Shown here: in pieces, positions 37,522 through 50,005 of the stretch
Numbering within the stretch: position 1 is the first letter of the stretch
How the letters are laid out: each line of letters starts with the position of its first letter
Source: Macrostomum lignano
Lineage: Eukaryota
Assembly: GCA_002269645.1 (NCBI GenBank)
Contig: NIVC01001629.1
Span: 190,429 to 254,428, forward strand
Length of the DNA stretch: 64,000 nt
Reading direction: 5' to 3'
The notes under the pieces: model-generated
Database searches by the model: none
Told to the model about the DNA's origin: nothing
The model's input: the letters and a program-made list of their open reading frames with translations, nothing else
Translations under genes and position numbers: made by a program

Positions 37522-37654
37522 CTGAGGTGGGGAGAACTCCTGGTCCTGAGTCTTTTTTGAGTCACTTATTGCTTGAGAAACTTCCATTCATCTTGGCACG
37601 GTTTTGATTATGAGCACACTGCTTTTGGAGTAGCACTTTCTAAGGTTAGCATCA

Positions 37655-39340
37655 AGCAGTCTTTACCCTCCGTATCAGTCTTTATCCTCCGTATCAGTCT
37701 TTATCCTCCGTATCAGTCTTTACCCTCCGTATCAGTCTTTATCCTCCGTATCAGTCTTTACCCTCCGTATCAGTCTTTATCCTCCGTATCAGTCTTTATC
37801 CTCCGTATCAGTCTTTACCCTCCGTATCAGTCTTTACCCTCCGTATCAGTCTTTATCCTCCGTATCAGTCTTTATCCTCCGTATCAGTCTTTACCCTCCG
37901 TATCAGTCTTTATCCTCCGTATCAGTCTTTACCCTCCGTATCAGTCTTTATCCTCCGTATCAGTCTTTACCCTCCGTATCAGTCTTTATCCTCCGTATCA
38001 GTCTTTACCCTCCGTATCAGTCTTTATCCTCCGTATCAGTCTTTACCCTCCGTATCAGTCTTTATCCTCCGTATCAGTCTTTACCCTCCGTATCAGTCTT
38101 TACGCTCCGTATCAGTCTTTACCCTCCGTATCAGACAGTCTTTACCCTCCGTATCAGACAGTCTTTACCCTCCGTATCAGTCTTTACCCTCCGTATCAGT
38201 CTTTATCCTCCGTATCAGTCTTTACCCTCCGTATCAGTCTTTATCCTCCGTATCAGTCTTTACCCTCCGTATCAGTCTTTATCCTCCGTATCAGTCTTTA
38301 CCCTCCGTATCAGTCTTTACGCTCCGTATCAGTCTTTACCCTCCGTATCAGACAGTCTTTACCCTCCGTATCAGACAGTCTTTACCCTCCGTATCAGTCT
38401 TTACCCTCCGTATCAGTCTTTATCCTCCGTATCAGTCTTTACCCTCCGTATCAGTCTTTACGCTCCGTATCAGTCTTTACCCTCCGTATCAGACAGTCTT
38501 TACCCTCCGTATCAGACAGTCTTTACCCTCCGTATCAGACAGTCTTTACCCTCCGTATCAGACAGTCTTTACCCTCCGTATCAGTCTTTACCCTCCGTAT
38601 CAGTCTTTACCCTCCGTATCAGACAGTCTTTACCCTCCGTATCAGACAGTCTTTACCCTCCGTATCAGACAGTCTTTACCCTCCGTATCAGACAGTCTTT
38701 ACCCTCCGTATCAGTCTTTACCCTCCGTATCAGTCTTTACCCTCCGTATCAGACAGTCTTTACCCTCCGTATCAGACAGTCTTTACCCTCCGTATCAGAC
38801 AGTCTTTACCCTCCGTATCAGACAGTCTTTACCCTCCGTATCAGACAGTCTTTACCCTCCGTATCAGACAGTCTTTACCCTCCGTATCAGACAGTCTTTA
38901 CCCTCCGTATCAGACAGTCTTTACCCTCCGTATCAGACAGTCTTTACCCTCCACATCAGACAGTCTTTACCCTCCGTATCAGACAGTCTTTACCCTCCAC
39001 ATCAGACAGTCTTTACCCTCCGTATCAGACAGTTTTTACCCTCCGTATCAGACAGTCTTTACCCTCCACATCAGACAGTCTTTACCCTCCGTATCAGACA
39101 GTCTTTACCCTCCGTATCAGACAGTCTTTACCCTCCACATCAGACAGTTTTTACCCTCCACATCAGACAGTCTTTACCCTCCACATCAGACAGTCTTTAC
39201 CCTCCGTATCAGACAGCCTTTACCCTCCGTATCAATCTTTACCCTCCGTATCAGTCTTTACCCTCCGGATCAGTTTTTACCCTCCACATCAAGCAGTCTT
39301 TACCCTCCACATCAAGCAACCTTCACCCTCCGCATCAAGC
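37655..39340. repeat. 19/23-bp intronic minisatellite (TCCGTATCAG[ACAG]TCTTTACCC)
   Basis: About 80 copies; 19-bp units on the left grade into 23-bp units on the right. Confidence 0.96.
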
Positions 39341-39473
39341 CTTCAAACCACGGAGGTCTTTAAACTTCACGACAAGGCATTTATCCTCAACGTAATAAAA
39401 TCTCATAAGTCCTCAGCCTCATTTACGAGTAAAACTTGATCATTTCCCCCCAAAGTTTCATCCCAATGAGTAC

Positions 39474-39976
39474 CTCGAGCTGCCCCAGGCGGCAGCTGTG
39501 GCGGCCGCTCCGCTGAGCCTCTCGGCCCCCAGGGCCCTCGCCAGCCTCTCCGCCTCGGCCTCCAGCTCGCCGCAGCGCTGCCTCTGCCTCGCCAGCTCCC
39601 GGCCACGGAGGTCGGCCTCTGTCTGAGCTGCGTCCAGCCTCTCCTGCATCAGCTGCAGCTCAGTGCGAGCCTCGTGAGCTTCGAGTCGGCTTCGCTGCTC
39701 CCTGTCCTGACAGGCGCTCAGCTCCGCTTGCTCCGCCTCCAGCTCCGCCTCCAGCCGCTCCGCCGTCTCCTGCGACTCCCGCAGCTCCGCCTCCAGCCGG
39801 CGCAGCCGCTCCGCCGCCTCAGCCTCGAGCTGGCGGCTCCGCCGCTCACCGTCGGCCGTGTCTTCTGCCTGCCGGCCGAGGCGTCGCTCCAGCAGCTGCA
39901 GCCGCTCGCCGACCTCCGCGCAGTGCAGCCGCTGCGCCGCCTCCCGGCTGGCCAGCTCGGCCCGCTCGGCCGCCAT
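39474..39976 (-). CDS. CEP135: CEP135/TSGA10-like gene, coiled-coil exon
   Basis: Acceptor CCCTCGCCAG (phase 0) and donor AG|GTACTC (phase 2); E/R/L/A-rich heptad sequence. Confidence 0.75.
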
Positions 39977-40079
39977 CTGGCGAGGGAGTGGCGAGTGCGA
40001 CTGAGTGAGCGAATGCGGGTGCAACCGAGGCCCGCGGAGCCTCTCTGTCTGGCCCTTGGGTCCCTTGAAACTTCACAAT

Positions 40080-40345
40080 AGCATCTCTCCTCTCATCCCA
40101 TCTCTTCTTTCATCCTATCTCTCCTCTCATCCTATCTCTCCTCCAATCTCTTCTCTCCTCCCATCTCTCCTCTCCTCTTATCCCATTTCTCCTCTCATCC
40201 CATCTCTCCTCTCATCCCATCTCTCCTCTCATCCCATCTCTCCTCTCATCCCATCTCTCCTCTCATCCCATCTCTCCTCTCATCCCATCTCTCCTCTCAT
40301 CCCATCTCTCCTCTCATCCAATCTTTCCTCTCCTCCCATCTCTCC
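40080..40345. repeat. 17-bp pyrimidine-rich intronic repeat (CTCTCCTCTCATCCCAT)
   Basis: Direct observation. Confidence 0.9.
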
Positions 40346-40503
40346 TCTCCTCTTTCCTCTTCTCTATTCCTTCTTCTTTCCTTTCTCAGCTTCAAGTGTT
40401 TTTTGAGTTCCTTTTAGAAAATTGTAGTTTCGAGAAAGATTAGGGACCAAGAAACTTGACAGGTCCCCCAAAAAAGGTGCTGCATCTGCTCCCACTGACT
40501 CAC

Positions 40504-40911
40504 CGCTCTGAGGGCCGCTTCAAGCTCAGTTGAGCGCAGCTCCAGCCGCGACCTTTCAGCCTCCGCAGCCTCCGCCGTTGCTCTCAGCCTCTCGCGCTCC
40601 GCGGCCGCCCGCCTCAGCTCCGTTACTGTCTCGTCCCGCTCAGCCTCCAGCCGCTTCATCATCGTCTGAGCCGACGTGGCGCCGGCCGCTGACTGACGCC
40701 GAAGTCGCTGCTGCTCGGCCTGCGCCTCCGCCAGCGCCCGCGCCAGCTCGCCGCGCTCTCTGGCCAACGATCGGACCTCGGCTTGGATGTCGCTCAGGTG
40801 GCGCTCGAACTTGTCCAGCACCTGGCGGAGCTCGTCCCGCTCTCGGCGAACTCTGGACAGCTCGGCTGCCGCAGTCAGCTGCGACCGGCCCGGCGAGGGC
40901 GACCTGCGGCG
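40504..40911 (-). CDS. CEP135: CEP135/TSGA10-like gene, conserved exon
   Basis: Phase 0/0. RERDELRQVLDKFERHLSDIQAEVRSLARERGEL...MKRLEAERDETVTELRRAAAERERLR matches the recalled CEP135 (RERDELQRMLERFEKYMEDIQ) and TSGA10 (LEKYERHLAEIQGNV...RRVETERD) segments. Confidence 0.85.
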
Positions 40912-40937
40912 CTGTGGGAGAGCGTTTGACCAACACT

Positions 40938-41118
40938 GCTCAGATCTGACCAGCTCTGCTCGGATCTGACCAACTCTGCTCGGATCTGATCAACTCTGCT
41001 CGGATCTGACCAACTCTGCTCGGATCTGACCAACTCTGCTCAGGTTTGATCAACTCTGCTCAGATCTGACCAACTCTGCTCAGATCTGACCAACTCTGCT
41101 CGGATCTGACCAACTCTG
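40938..41118. repeat. 20-bp intronic minisatellite (CTCGGATCTGACCAACTCTG)
   Basis: About 9 copies. Confidence 0.92.
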
Positions 41119-41148
41119 ACAGTTCCCAACAACCCCAGCTTCGCCCAC

Positions 41149-41381
41149 CTGTCCGTCTCGCAGTCTCTCCTGGCTGTCAGCCCGGCCGCCGCTCAGAGCC
41201 GGCATCCGCATCATCCGCGACAGCCGATCGGCCTCCGCCTTCCAGAATTCGCGGTCTTCCTCAACTCCGCGCAGGTACCGCTCCAGCTGCGCCGCCGAGG
41301 CCGAGTCCCCAGCGACACCACCGCCGCCTCCAGTCCCGATTTTCCTTCGTAGCCGCTCCAGCTCCAACACCAACTCGCGTT
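41149..41381 (-). CDS. CEP135: CEP135-like gene, conserved exon
   Basis: Phase 1/0. LERYLRGVEEDREFWKAEADRL matches the recalled CEP135 LDTFLKGIEEERDYYKKELERL. Confidence 0.85.
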
Positions 41382-41535
41382 CTGATTGTGGAATATGAGC
41401 AGAGAACTTCTAGCATCGTTTGTCATAGAATTTAGACATATGGCCCCAAAACTGAATTTTAATCTTCTTTGAAGGTTGTTTGAAGTTGTTTTTGAGTCAC
41501 TTTGAAAATGGAAGATAAAAGCCGCCGAAACTTAC

Positions 41536-41722
41536 CGCAGGCGGTCAGGCGCAGAATTCGCTGGGCGAGCCGCTGCTTGTCTTCCTGCTGCTGGGCCACA
41601 ATGCTGCGCAGCTCCTCCAGGTCCAGCATCGAGCAGCTGACGGCTCCATCGCGGCCGCCGTTTCCGCTGGATGGTCGCCGCTGACGCGAATTTCCAGAAC
41701 AGTCCTGCAGCCGCTGACGGTC
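41536..41722 (-). CDS. CEP135: CEP135-like gene, exon
   Basis: Acceptor CGCTGCAG (phase 0) and donor G|GTAAGT (phase 1), in frame with the next exon; coiled-coil LEELRSIVAQQQEDKQRL. Confidence 0.75.
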
Positions 41723-41814
41723 CTGCAGCGGGTGGTTGGAAAATGCAGAGACTGTCCGCTTCTCTGAGCTCAACTAGAAGGATTTCTGGCAGGTAACAAC
41801 GTTTCAAATTTGGG

Positions 41815-41960
41815 CAGTCAAGACGACTTCACTGACAGCATGACAGCAGCTTACTGTAGGCATCACTGACAGCATGACAGCAGCTTACTGTAGGCATCAC
41901 TGACATGACAGCAGTTTACTGTAGACATCACTGACAACATGACAGCAGCTTGCTGTAAGC
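41815..41960. repeat. ~34-bp intronic repeat (TCACTGACAGCATGACAGCAGCTTACTGTAGGCA), ~4 copies
   Basis: Direct observation. Confidence 0.85.
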
Positions 41961-42128
41961 GATACATTGAGGTTTGCAGATCAAGGACATCATTCTCAGA
42001 AGAGATTCATAGCTCGTATGTCAGCTAAAAGTGAGATTTTAAAATCCTTTTATTCTGACTACTAATTAAGAGGCTTTCAATGGGATAAAATCCTAATGCC
42101 GCTGGGGAGGCCTCTGGATGGAACTCAC

Positions 42129-42232
42129 GCTGGCCCTGGCGGATGCGGATCTCTTCAGCGCTGGCATGGCTCTCTCGATCCCGTGTTGCTGGGCCGGTGG
42201 CTCTAGCGCTCGGAATGCGGAGCTGCAGTCAC
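42129..42232 (-). CDS. CEP135-like gene, probable upstream exon
   Basis: Acceptor TTTTCAG (phase 1) and donor C|GTGAGT (phase 0); only one frame is open, and it is phase-compatible. No homology support. Confidence 0.5.
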
Positions 42233-42291
42233 CTGAAAACAGTTGCCCTCTGAGTGCTTTGCATATAGGGAAGGGCGACTCTCTGACTCAC

Positions 42292-42430
42292 CGCCTCCCC
42301 TCTCTGACTCCGCCGTTTGAGTACAGTCTTGAGCTGCTGTACTGAGCTGCAAATACAATCGGCTGAGACGTGCAGGTGCATGGGTACTAAGCTGTGCATC
42401 CTTTCTGTCCAGTTCCTGCGCATTCTGCAT
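42292..42430 (-). CDS. CEP135-like gene, possible first coding exon (MQNAQELDRKDAQL...)
   Basis: Donor G|GTGAGT at 42291 (phase 1), in-frame ATG at 42430. An alternative acceptor exists at 42347. Weak support. Confidence 0.35.
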
Positions 42431-44874
42431 CCCACCCCCCCCCCGCATTCTTCTGGTCTGTTTGGGAAGCGACGATAGGCAGGCCTGGGGTCTCTTTGGT
42501 GAGCAACTCTTTCCCCCAAGCTTATTACTTCAAGAATAGCTAAAGGAGCTGCTCATTGGCTAAGCGCGTCTCTCTTTCATTCCCTGGACAGACAGGCTCA
42601 AATAGCCAGACTCATCATCTCGGCAAGGAGAAGGGCTAGGAACGTCTTTCAACTGTTCCATTATTTAGATTTCTGATTTCAAATGCATTCTTTATGATGT
42701 ACAGTGGATTACGTGGGCTGTCTTTTGTAATTAGCGTTTGATGGATAGAGGACGTTTGAAAAGAACTGGAGGAGACACTCGATGAAGGCGCTTTTTTGCA
42801 AAAACCAAACGATCATTAACTTTATCAGTTTACCAGTCAGACTTGATCAGTTTCGAGGCAGTGGCGCACTGGCTCAAGAGCAGCTGTGCAAGTGACACAA
42901 GCGCTCTGACAGGTAGAAGAGCGCGGTGGAAATATGATTGTACTAACAGTATTTAGTGTAAGGAAGCACTTGGTTCACAAGCAACAGCGGCAGCAAGAGA
43001 AAACCCTAACCGCTGTCAAGGCCACAATTAAAAGCAGCGTCATAGGTGGGAATGTGCAACGCATATCGCAACCTCCCATCACGGCCTCGCTCTGCCCCAA
43101 TGTGATAATTGATCTGCTTCCAATGATTTCAAGAGAAAGATTCCATTCCTGACTCCCTCGTGCTGTCTTTTTACCTATAGACAATATGGAAGGCAGAAAT
43201 GAAGAAATGATGAAAATTGAGAAATAGGCAATCTGTATCTGCAGAGTGAGAAATTTTAGAGGAAAAATATGCGAAACTTGTTCCTCTACTTGAGACATTT
43301 TACAGCTATGTTTGTAAATAAGCTGGTACTCGTACTTCTGCACCAGGGTATACCTTAGGAGCCTGGTGGGAATTAAAATGTAAATGAACTTCCCTACGCT
43401 CGAAACGTTAAAAACAAACTTTATACATTTGCAAGTTAGGCCTTCGAATCCTTTCTACAACCTCGATTCCGATCGCAGGGGGCATCGCAGGGGGCATCGC
43501 CATGGATTTTATGGTAGGGGGGACAAAGCTAAGAATTCTACATGTACATGTACGACTAAATACGTACATGTACATTATTTTCAGAATCGGTGTTGTCAGC
43601 GCTCTTTTTGGCGCCGCAGACACTCATTTAGAGCTGCAGACACTCATTTTAGCGCCGCAAGCACTCACTTTAGCTCCACTGGCACTAAAAGAAGAAGAAG
43701 AATAATAATAATCATAGGGACATTAATAACGCTAATAATAATCCCAAATCCAAAAATCCCTAATAGAAGTCCCAAACAGGGGTATGCGAATAATTAGGTA
43801 CTTAAAGGTGAAATTCGCCTTGGCGCAAAAGAATCAACAATATAAAAAGTTTTTCTAAAAATCGTTAGTCTTTAAGGTCTAAAGAAAAGCTTGCGGCTTC
43901 AAAAATTAAGGGAACATTCTATAAAATTTGTGAAAAAAGGAGCTACTAAGGCTCCTATTACAATTCATCAAAGACAGCTAGCATGCATATGCATGCATGC
44001 GTAGCTCGATCCGAATTAGTTTCTGAAAATTCTTTGATCAAGGGGTCCTGCGTAGGCATTGGTGCCGCCGCAGGTAGCAGTGCAGGAGGGGTGGTGGCTG
44101 GGGCGCCGACCTCGCATTCTTCGATGTGCTGCCTTACTTTGAAAATGTGGAAAGATTTTTTGCAGTGACGCATATGCAGTTTAACAAATGCACTTACACA
44201 ATAAGCTAATAATCTACTGCGATTTCGAAATATACATCAAAATTTTACATTTTTAACATAAATCTTTATAGTTCTTGATATTAAAATCTGTGATAATTTA
44301 TTAAGTTTTGTTCTAAGAATAGATCAACGTGAGAGCGGCAAACCCCTAATCCAGCTGACAGCAGCCTGTTTCTCTTCTATTGGTCAGCTAGCAACTGAGT
44401 GTACGCGAAGATCTAGAATAGAAAAACTGGTTTTCTTGCTGCTAATCCAGTTCGTTTGCCGGCCAGCAGTTCATAAAAGATATTAAAGCAAGCAAGCGTA
44501 GGAGTTTCTAAAATGTGTGCAAGGCAGCAGGTCATCCTTAGTTTTGATCTAAGAAACAGATTTATATAAGCCCCTGTAACTTAAGTTTTAACTCTGTCCT
44601 GCGGCTCAGTCAGCGGCTGTCTTCTGCATTCTGAAGCTTAGTTTACTTAAGCTTATTCGACATTAGCAGGTATTTTAAAACCAATTTCAGCTCGACTATA
44701 TCAATGTTTTGCGCAAGCTGAGGCCCATTCTATTCACTATTTGTTGGCAATTGCAAAATTTCAGTGTTGCCACCCCGGCGAATTTTAATCGCTGGGCGAT
44801 TTTAAATAGCTGAGCGATTTTTTTTGTCATATTCAGCAATTTTCAGCGATGTTTTATTCTTATGAGGTAGAATC

Positions 44875-45200
44875 CCCCCCCCCCAGAATTACCCCAGAAT
44901 TACCCAGAATCGTGAGATTCTGGGGGTAAGAATCGTGAGATTCTGGGGGTAAGAATCGTGAGATTCTGGGGGTAAGAATCGTGAGATTCTGGGGTAAGAA
45001 TCGTGAGATTCTGGGGGTAAGAATCGTGAGATTCTGGGGGTAAGAATCGTGAGATTCTGGGGGTAAGAATCGTGAGATTCTGGGGGTAAGAATCGTGAGA
45101 TTCTGGGGGTAAGAATCGTGAGATTCTGGGGGTAAGAATCGTGAGATTCTGGGGGTAAGAATCGTGAGATTCTGGGGATAAGAATTGTGAGTTTCTAGGA
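44875..45200. repeat. 23-bp minisatellite (GAATCGTGAGATTCTGGGGGTAA)n seeded at a palindrome
   Basis: About 12 copies; the first copy forms CCCAGAATC-GTGA-GATTCTGGG (44903-44924). Confidence 0.95.
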
Positions 45201-45962
45201 TAAGAATCATGCTCAAAACAAAGCCTTTTATTTTAAAGTTGCAGCGATTTTTTATTATATAGGCCTATGCAATTTTTGCGAGCCAAGAGTCGGTGGCAAC
45301 ATGCAACAGGCAATTTGCAATGTGCATTAGGCCTATTTTAACCTCGGACTTGCTTGGACTTAAAGGTTCTACTTTTCTGCTTCCAAATTTACTCTGCCAA
45401 TTTATTTAACTCAATGACTGTAATCTAGAACTATATTTCTACTAGGCCTACATTATGTCTATATATATCTAATAGCATATTATAGAAACTATAAAATCAT
45501 AACTAGAATAGCATTTTTAAAGTTAAAGGTTAATCATAAAACAAAGAAAATAATATTTTGTTCTTAGTTAGTATTAGAATTATCAACTATATTTTATTTA
45601 CCAATATTAGATAATCTATTTTTTTAACATAATTTTAACATATTTTAACTTTTATAAGGCCTAAATTATACAAATATTTAGATTTTAAAGCAAGTTAAAA
45701 ATCTATTTTTGCCTTGAAGGTTTTTGATAACCAACTATTTTGTTTATGTTTTGTATATTGTGTTTTTATTTCTTTTTTGTAGAGATTGGGGCATTTTGTG
45801 GAGGTTAGTTGCCACTTTTTATAGGCCTACTTTTTAACTAAAATGGTCCTATACCCTCATTAGTAGGACCCCTAGTTACTTGTCATTTTTATTACTTCAT
45901 TTTAGAGAATTTAAATAACACTCATTTTATAGTTGAGCTGTTGCCCTTGCCAACTGTTCCAG

Positions 45963-46438
45963 CCTCAGCAGCAGCCCTGACAACTCGACCTTCATCACCA
46001 ACATACAAGCATTCATACAAGCTGTCTCAATTCATGGGCCGGAAGCAGAGGCTGCCCCGCAGGCAAGAGGACGATGTTGCCATTGCTGGCAGCGTCTTCA
46101 CTGATTCGCCAGACAATGCAGTTGAGGTCGCGACTTCCCTGAGGCGGCCGCTGAGCGTCACCCAGGCAGCTGCCGAGCTGGATGGCGGCGCCACCGTGCC
46201 GATTGTGTTCTCGCCCTCGCCAACTCCGCCGCTGTCGCCCTCGCTGGTGTCAGCGGCTTCATCTTTGCTGTCCTCGCCGCCGATCCCGCTGCTAACAGCG
46301 TCGACAAGTTCCGCTGCTTCGCCGCCGCCACCACCGCCGCGAAAGCAGCTGCGCCTTGTTGCGCGGGCGTCGACTGAGCAGCCGCAGCAGCAGCGACTGC
46401 CGCGCAGGCAGAATCGAAAGCGAAGCCTTGCAGCTGAG
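45963..46438 (+). CDS. Unknown Pro/Ser/Arg-rich protein, exon (possible start MGRKQRLPRR at 46034)
   Basis: Acceptor GTTCCAG at 45962 and donor GAG|GTGAAG (phase 0); GC-rich open frame inside AT-rich flanks. Confidence 0.55.
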
Positions 46439-46629
46439 GTGAAGCCCTTATTGTTGTGTGCACCTGTGTGCGTACAGTTCACAGAGAATCCAGACCATTA
46501 GGGTTGCCTCCATTGTCAAGTTTTTTGTCTGGTCATTTTGTTCGACTTTGGCATTGTGCTAAATATAGATATGCAAAATGGAATATACGTTTTTTAGAAC
46601 AACTGTTTAAGATAGGGGGCGAAGTAAAC

Positions 46630-47545
46630 AGGGTATCATGTTATAGGACTGGAGGGTAGCACTGAACGACTGGAGGGTAGGCATTAAAAGACCGGAGGGT
46701 AACACTAAAGGACGGGAGGGTAGCACTAAAGGACCAGAGGGTAACAGTAAAGGACTGGAGGGTAGCACTAAAGGACCGGAGGGTAACACTAAAAGACCGG
46801 AGGGTAGCACTAGAGGACCGGAGGGTAACACTAAAGGACCGGAGAGTAGCACTAAAAGACCGGAGGGTAGCACTAGAGGACCGGAGGGTAACACTAAAGG
46901 ACCGGAGAGTAGCACTAAAAGACCGGAGGGTAGCACTAAGACCGGAGGGTAGCACTAAAAGACCAAAAGACCGGAGGGTAGCACTAAAGGACCGGAGGGT
47001 AACACTAAAAGACCGGAGGGTAGCACTAAAGGACCGGAGGGTAACACTAAAGGACCGGAGGGTAGCACTAAAGGACCGGAGGGTAACACTAAAGGACCGG
47101 AGGGTAGCACTAAAGGACCGGAGGGTAACACTAAAAGACCGGAGGGTAGCACTAGAGGACCGGAGGGTAACACTAAAGGACCGGAGAGTAGCACTAAAAG
47201 ACCGGAGGGTAGCACTAGAGGACCGGAGGGTAGCACTAGAGGACCGGAGGGTAGCACTAAAGGACCGGAGGGTAGCACTAAAAGACCGGAGGTAGCACTA
47301 AAGGACCGGAGGGTAGCACTAAAAAACCGGAGGGTAACACTAAAGGACCGGAGGGTAGCACTAGAGGACCGGAGGGTAGCACTAGAGGACCGGAGGGTAG
47401 CACTAAAGGACCGGAGGGTAACACTAAAAAACCGGAGGGTAGCACTAAAAAACCGGAGGGTAGCACTAAAAGACCGGAGGTAGCACTAAAGGACCGGAGG
47501 GTAACACTAAAGGACCGGAGGGTAACACCAAAGGACCGGAGGGTA
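46630..47545. repeat. 21-bp intronic minisatellite (ACCGGAGGGTAGCACTAAAGG)n
   Basis: About 43 copies. Confidence 0.96.
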
Positions 47546-48214
47546 AGCATTAAAGAGCACAATCAACCGCACAGTCACACTTTTGCGGTGACTCGAGCAT
47601 ATTGTTTTTCATTAAAAATTTAGGAAAGAGCTAGTTATTTAGGAAAGATAAGCGCTGATCTGAAGAGCCCCAGGCCCAGTTAAAGTACTCAGCAGGGGGT
47701 GCTGACGTCATCAGAAGCTATTTTGTGTCACCGCCACTCAGCTAAAGTGAATTGGCATGAATTCTATATAATTTCACATTCATTTATCTCGCCTGCCTAC
47801 CAGAGAGTACAAAAATGCGTCTTAGACATGTGATTCTTGCTTTCTCCTACTTTTCATTCTCTCTAAACCTCACCCACTCTTGCTACAACTGGCTGTGGAA
47901 CCGGCCGGTCAGATGACCGAGCCGCTATTTGAGTGGCGGGTGCAGCCAGCTTTGCATTGCTGCGTACATTCACTCCGCCTGTCTGCCCTGGCCGCTCGCT
48001 CTATTAATGGCTAAAGCAAACAAATAGCTGGGAGGGTCAGGTGACATTGAGGTATCTGATCTGGCTCGGAGCGGCAGTTCCAGATCGAGTTCACCGTTTA
48101 GGATTTCTTTAATTTTACTCTTTTGATTTTTTTGTAAAATTTTACTGCTCATATCCCTGACGCTGTAAGTAGTATGCAAGGCTTTAATCTTTTTTGTTTA
48201 CCGTCCTCTTCCAG

Positions 48215-48436
48215 CCTCTCTCCGCCGCCCGGTTTGCTTCAACGGCCAGCATCTACATTCTGCCGGCGCAGCGCCGCCTTCAGTCGCTGCAACCGCCGGC
48301 GCCGCCCTCGCCGCCGATGTCGCTGTTTGGCAGCGGCGAGTCCACCAACAGCTGCAGCAACCTGAGCCTGCCGGCCTCGGCGGCCACTTCTGACGACTGC
48401 GGCTGGCTCGCTTGTAACCGCGAGGATTCGCCTGAG
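48215..48436 (+). CDS. Unknown Pro/Ser-rich protein, exon (phase 0/0)
   Basis: Acceptor CCTCTTCCAG, donor GAG|GTGAGC, 74 open codons. Confidence 0.6.
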
Positions 48437-48684
48437 GTGAGCGGATTGCGGCTTTTGATGTTAGAGAACACCTGGGCAGGAATATTATCTAGAACTCTAC
48501 TGTTAGAGGGCATATAGGCTGGGCACTGATTTCCAATCCAGATATGCTTCGCATTTAGGAGTCCATGATCGAATCGCTGGTCCTGAGTCAGTTGTCCTTG
48601 TATCTATGTGTTTGACTGCACAATCGGTTATTTGTACTGTCAGTAGCTGACAGGAATTTTATTGTTTTTTCTCACCTCTGGCAG

Positions 48685-48813
48685 GCGGCGTCAGTCAGCC
48701 TGGCCGAGTCCGACCCGCTCATCAGCTGCCGGTGGCTCAAAGCTGGCGCCCCCCAGCCTGTCTGCGGCAGCGGCGGTGGCAGTCTTACTAGTCACGTGAC
48801 AACTCGTCCGTCG
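48685..48813 (+). CDS. Unknown Pro/Ser-rich protein, exon (phase 0/0)
   Basis: Acceptor CCTCTGGCAG, donor TCG|GTGAGT, 43 open codons; the downstream terminal exon was not identified. Confidence 0.55.
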
Positions 48814-49019
48814 GTGAGTTTTGGCGGTTTATTTCAAGGTCAAATTCATTAAGATAAGTAGGCCAATATATTTTGCACTCAATAGATGCTAGAACTGCCA
48901 TGGTTAAAACTGATTGCATTTAATGTACTTTATATTCAGTATAAGTTTCTGCTTTTTAAATGATTTGGTATATAATGCACCAACTTGACTCTTCTCATTA
49001 TGATTGAGCCGCCAAAGTC

Positions 49020-50005
49020 CCAGATCTTCCGGATGGGCCACCGTCGGATCCCCAGTTTCTGGGTCTCTGCCTTCCCAGATCCTCAGTTTCTGGGCCTCTG
49101 CCCTCCCAGATCCTCAGTTTCTGGGCCTCCCAGATCCTCAGTTTCTGGGCCTCCGCCCTCCCAGATCCTCAGTTTCTGGGCCTCTGCCCTCCCAGATCCT
49201 CAGCTTCTGGGCCTCTGCCCTCCCAGATCCTCAGCTTCTGGGCCTCTGCCCTCCCAGATCCTCAGTTTCTGGGCCTCTGCCCTCCCAGATCCTCAGTTTC
49301 TGGGCCTCTGCCCTCCCAGATCCTCAGTTTCTGGCCTCTGCCCTCCCAGATCCTCAGTTTTTGGCCTCTGCCCTCCCAGATCCCCAGCTTCTGGGCCTCT
49401 GCCCTCCCAGATCCTCAGCTTCTGGGCCTCTGCCCTCCCAGATCCTCAGTTTCTGGGCCTCCGCCCTCCCAGATCCTCAGTTTCGGGGCCTCCGCCCTCG
49501 TAGATCCTCAGTTTCTGGGCCTCTGCCCTCCCAGATCCTCAGCTTCTGGGCCTCTGCCCTCCCAGATCCTCAGTTTCTGGGCCTCCGCCCTCCCAGATCC
49601 TCAGTTTCTGGGCCTCTGCCCTCCCAGATCCTCAGTTTCTGGGCCTCCGCCCTCGTAGATCCTCAGTTTCTGGGCCTCCGCCCTCCCAGATCCTCAGTTT
49701 CTGGGCCTCTGCCCTCCCAGATCCTCAGTTTCTGGGCCTCTGCCCTCCCAGATCCTCAGTTTTTGGCCTCTGCCCTCCCAGATCCTCAGTTTCTGGGCCT
49801 CCGCCCTCCCAGATCCTCAGTTTCGGGGCCTCCGCCCTCGTAGATCCTCAGTTTCTGGGCCTCTGCCCTCCCAGATCCTCAGTTTCTGGGCCTCCGCCCT
49901 CGTAGATCCTCAGTTTCTGGGCCTCCGCCCTCCCACATCCTCAGTTTCTGGGCCTCCGCCCTCGTAGATCCTCAGTTTCTGGGCCTCTGTCCTCTCAGAT
50001 CCTCA
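49020..50005. repeat. 31-bp minisatellite (CCCAGATCCTCAGTTTCTGGGCCTCTGCCCT)n
   Basis: About 31 copies; shares the CCCAGATCCTCA core with the 1.3-kb array. Confidence 0.96.

Noticed and set aside
37573-39363. 596-aa ORF
   Set aside because: TTG start; translation of a 19/23-bp satellite in an intron of the opposite-strand gene.
39474-39540. Suspected frameshift at the end of a CEP135-like exon (RLGQLE in an alternative frame)
   Set aside because: The phase-2 donor matches the phase-2 acceptor at 37521, so no frameshift is needed.
42600-44300. Possible decayed transposon/LINE 3' end (GGCACTAAAAGAAGAAGAAG tail, short tandem triplicate at 43620-43675)
   Set aside because: No TSD, TIR or protein motif could be established by eye.
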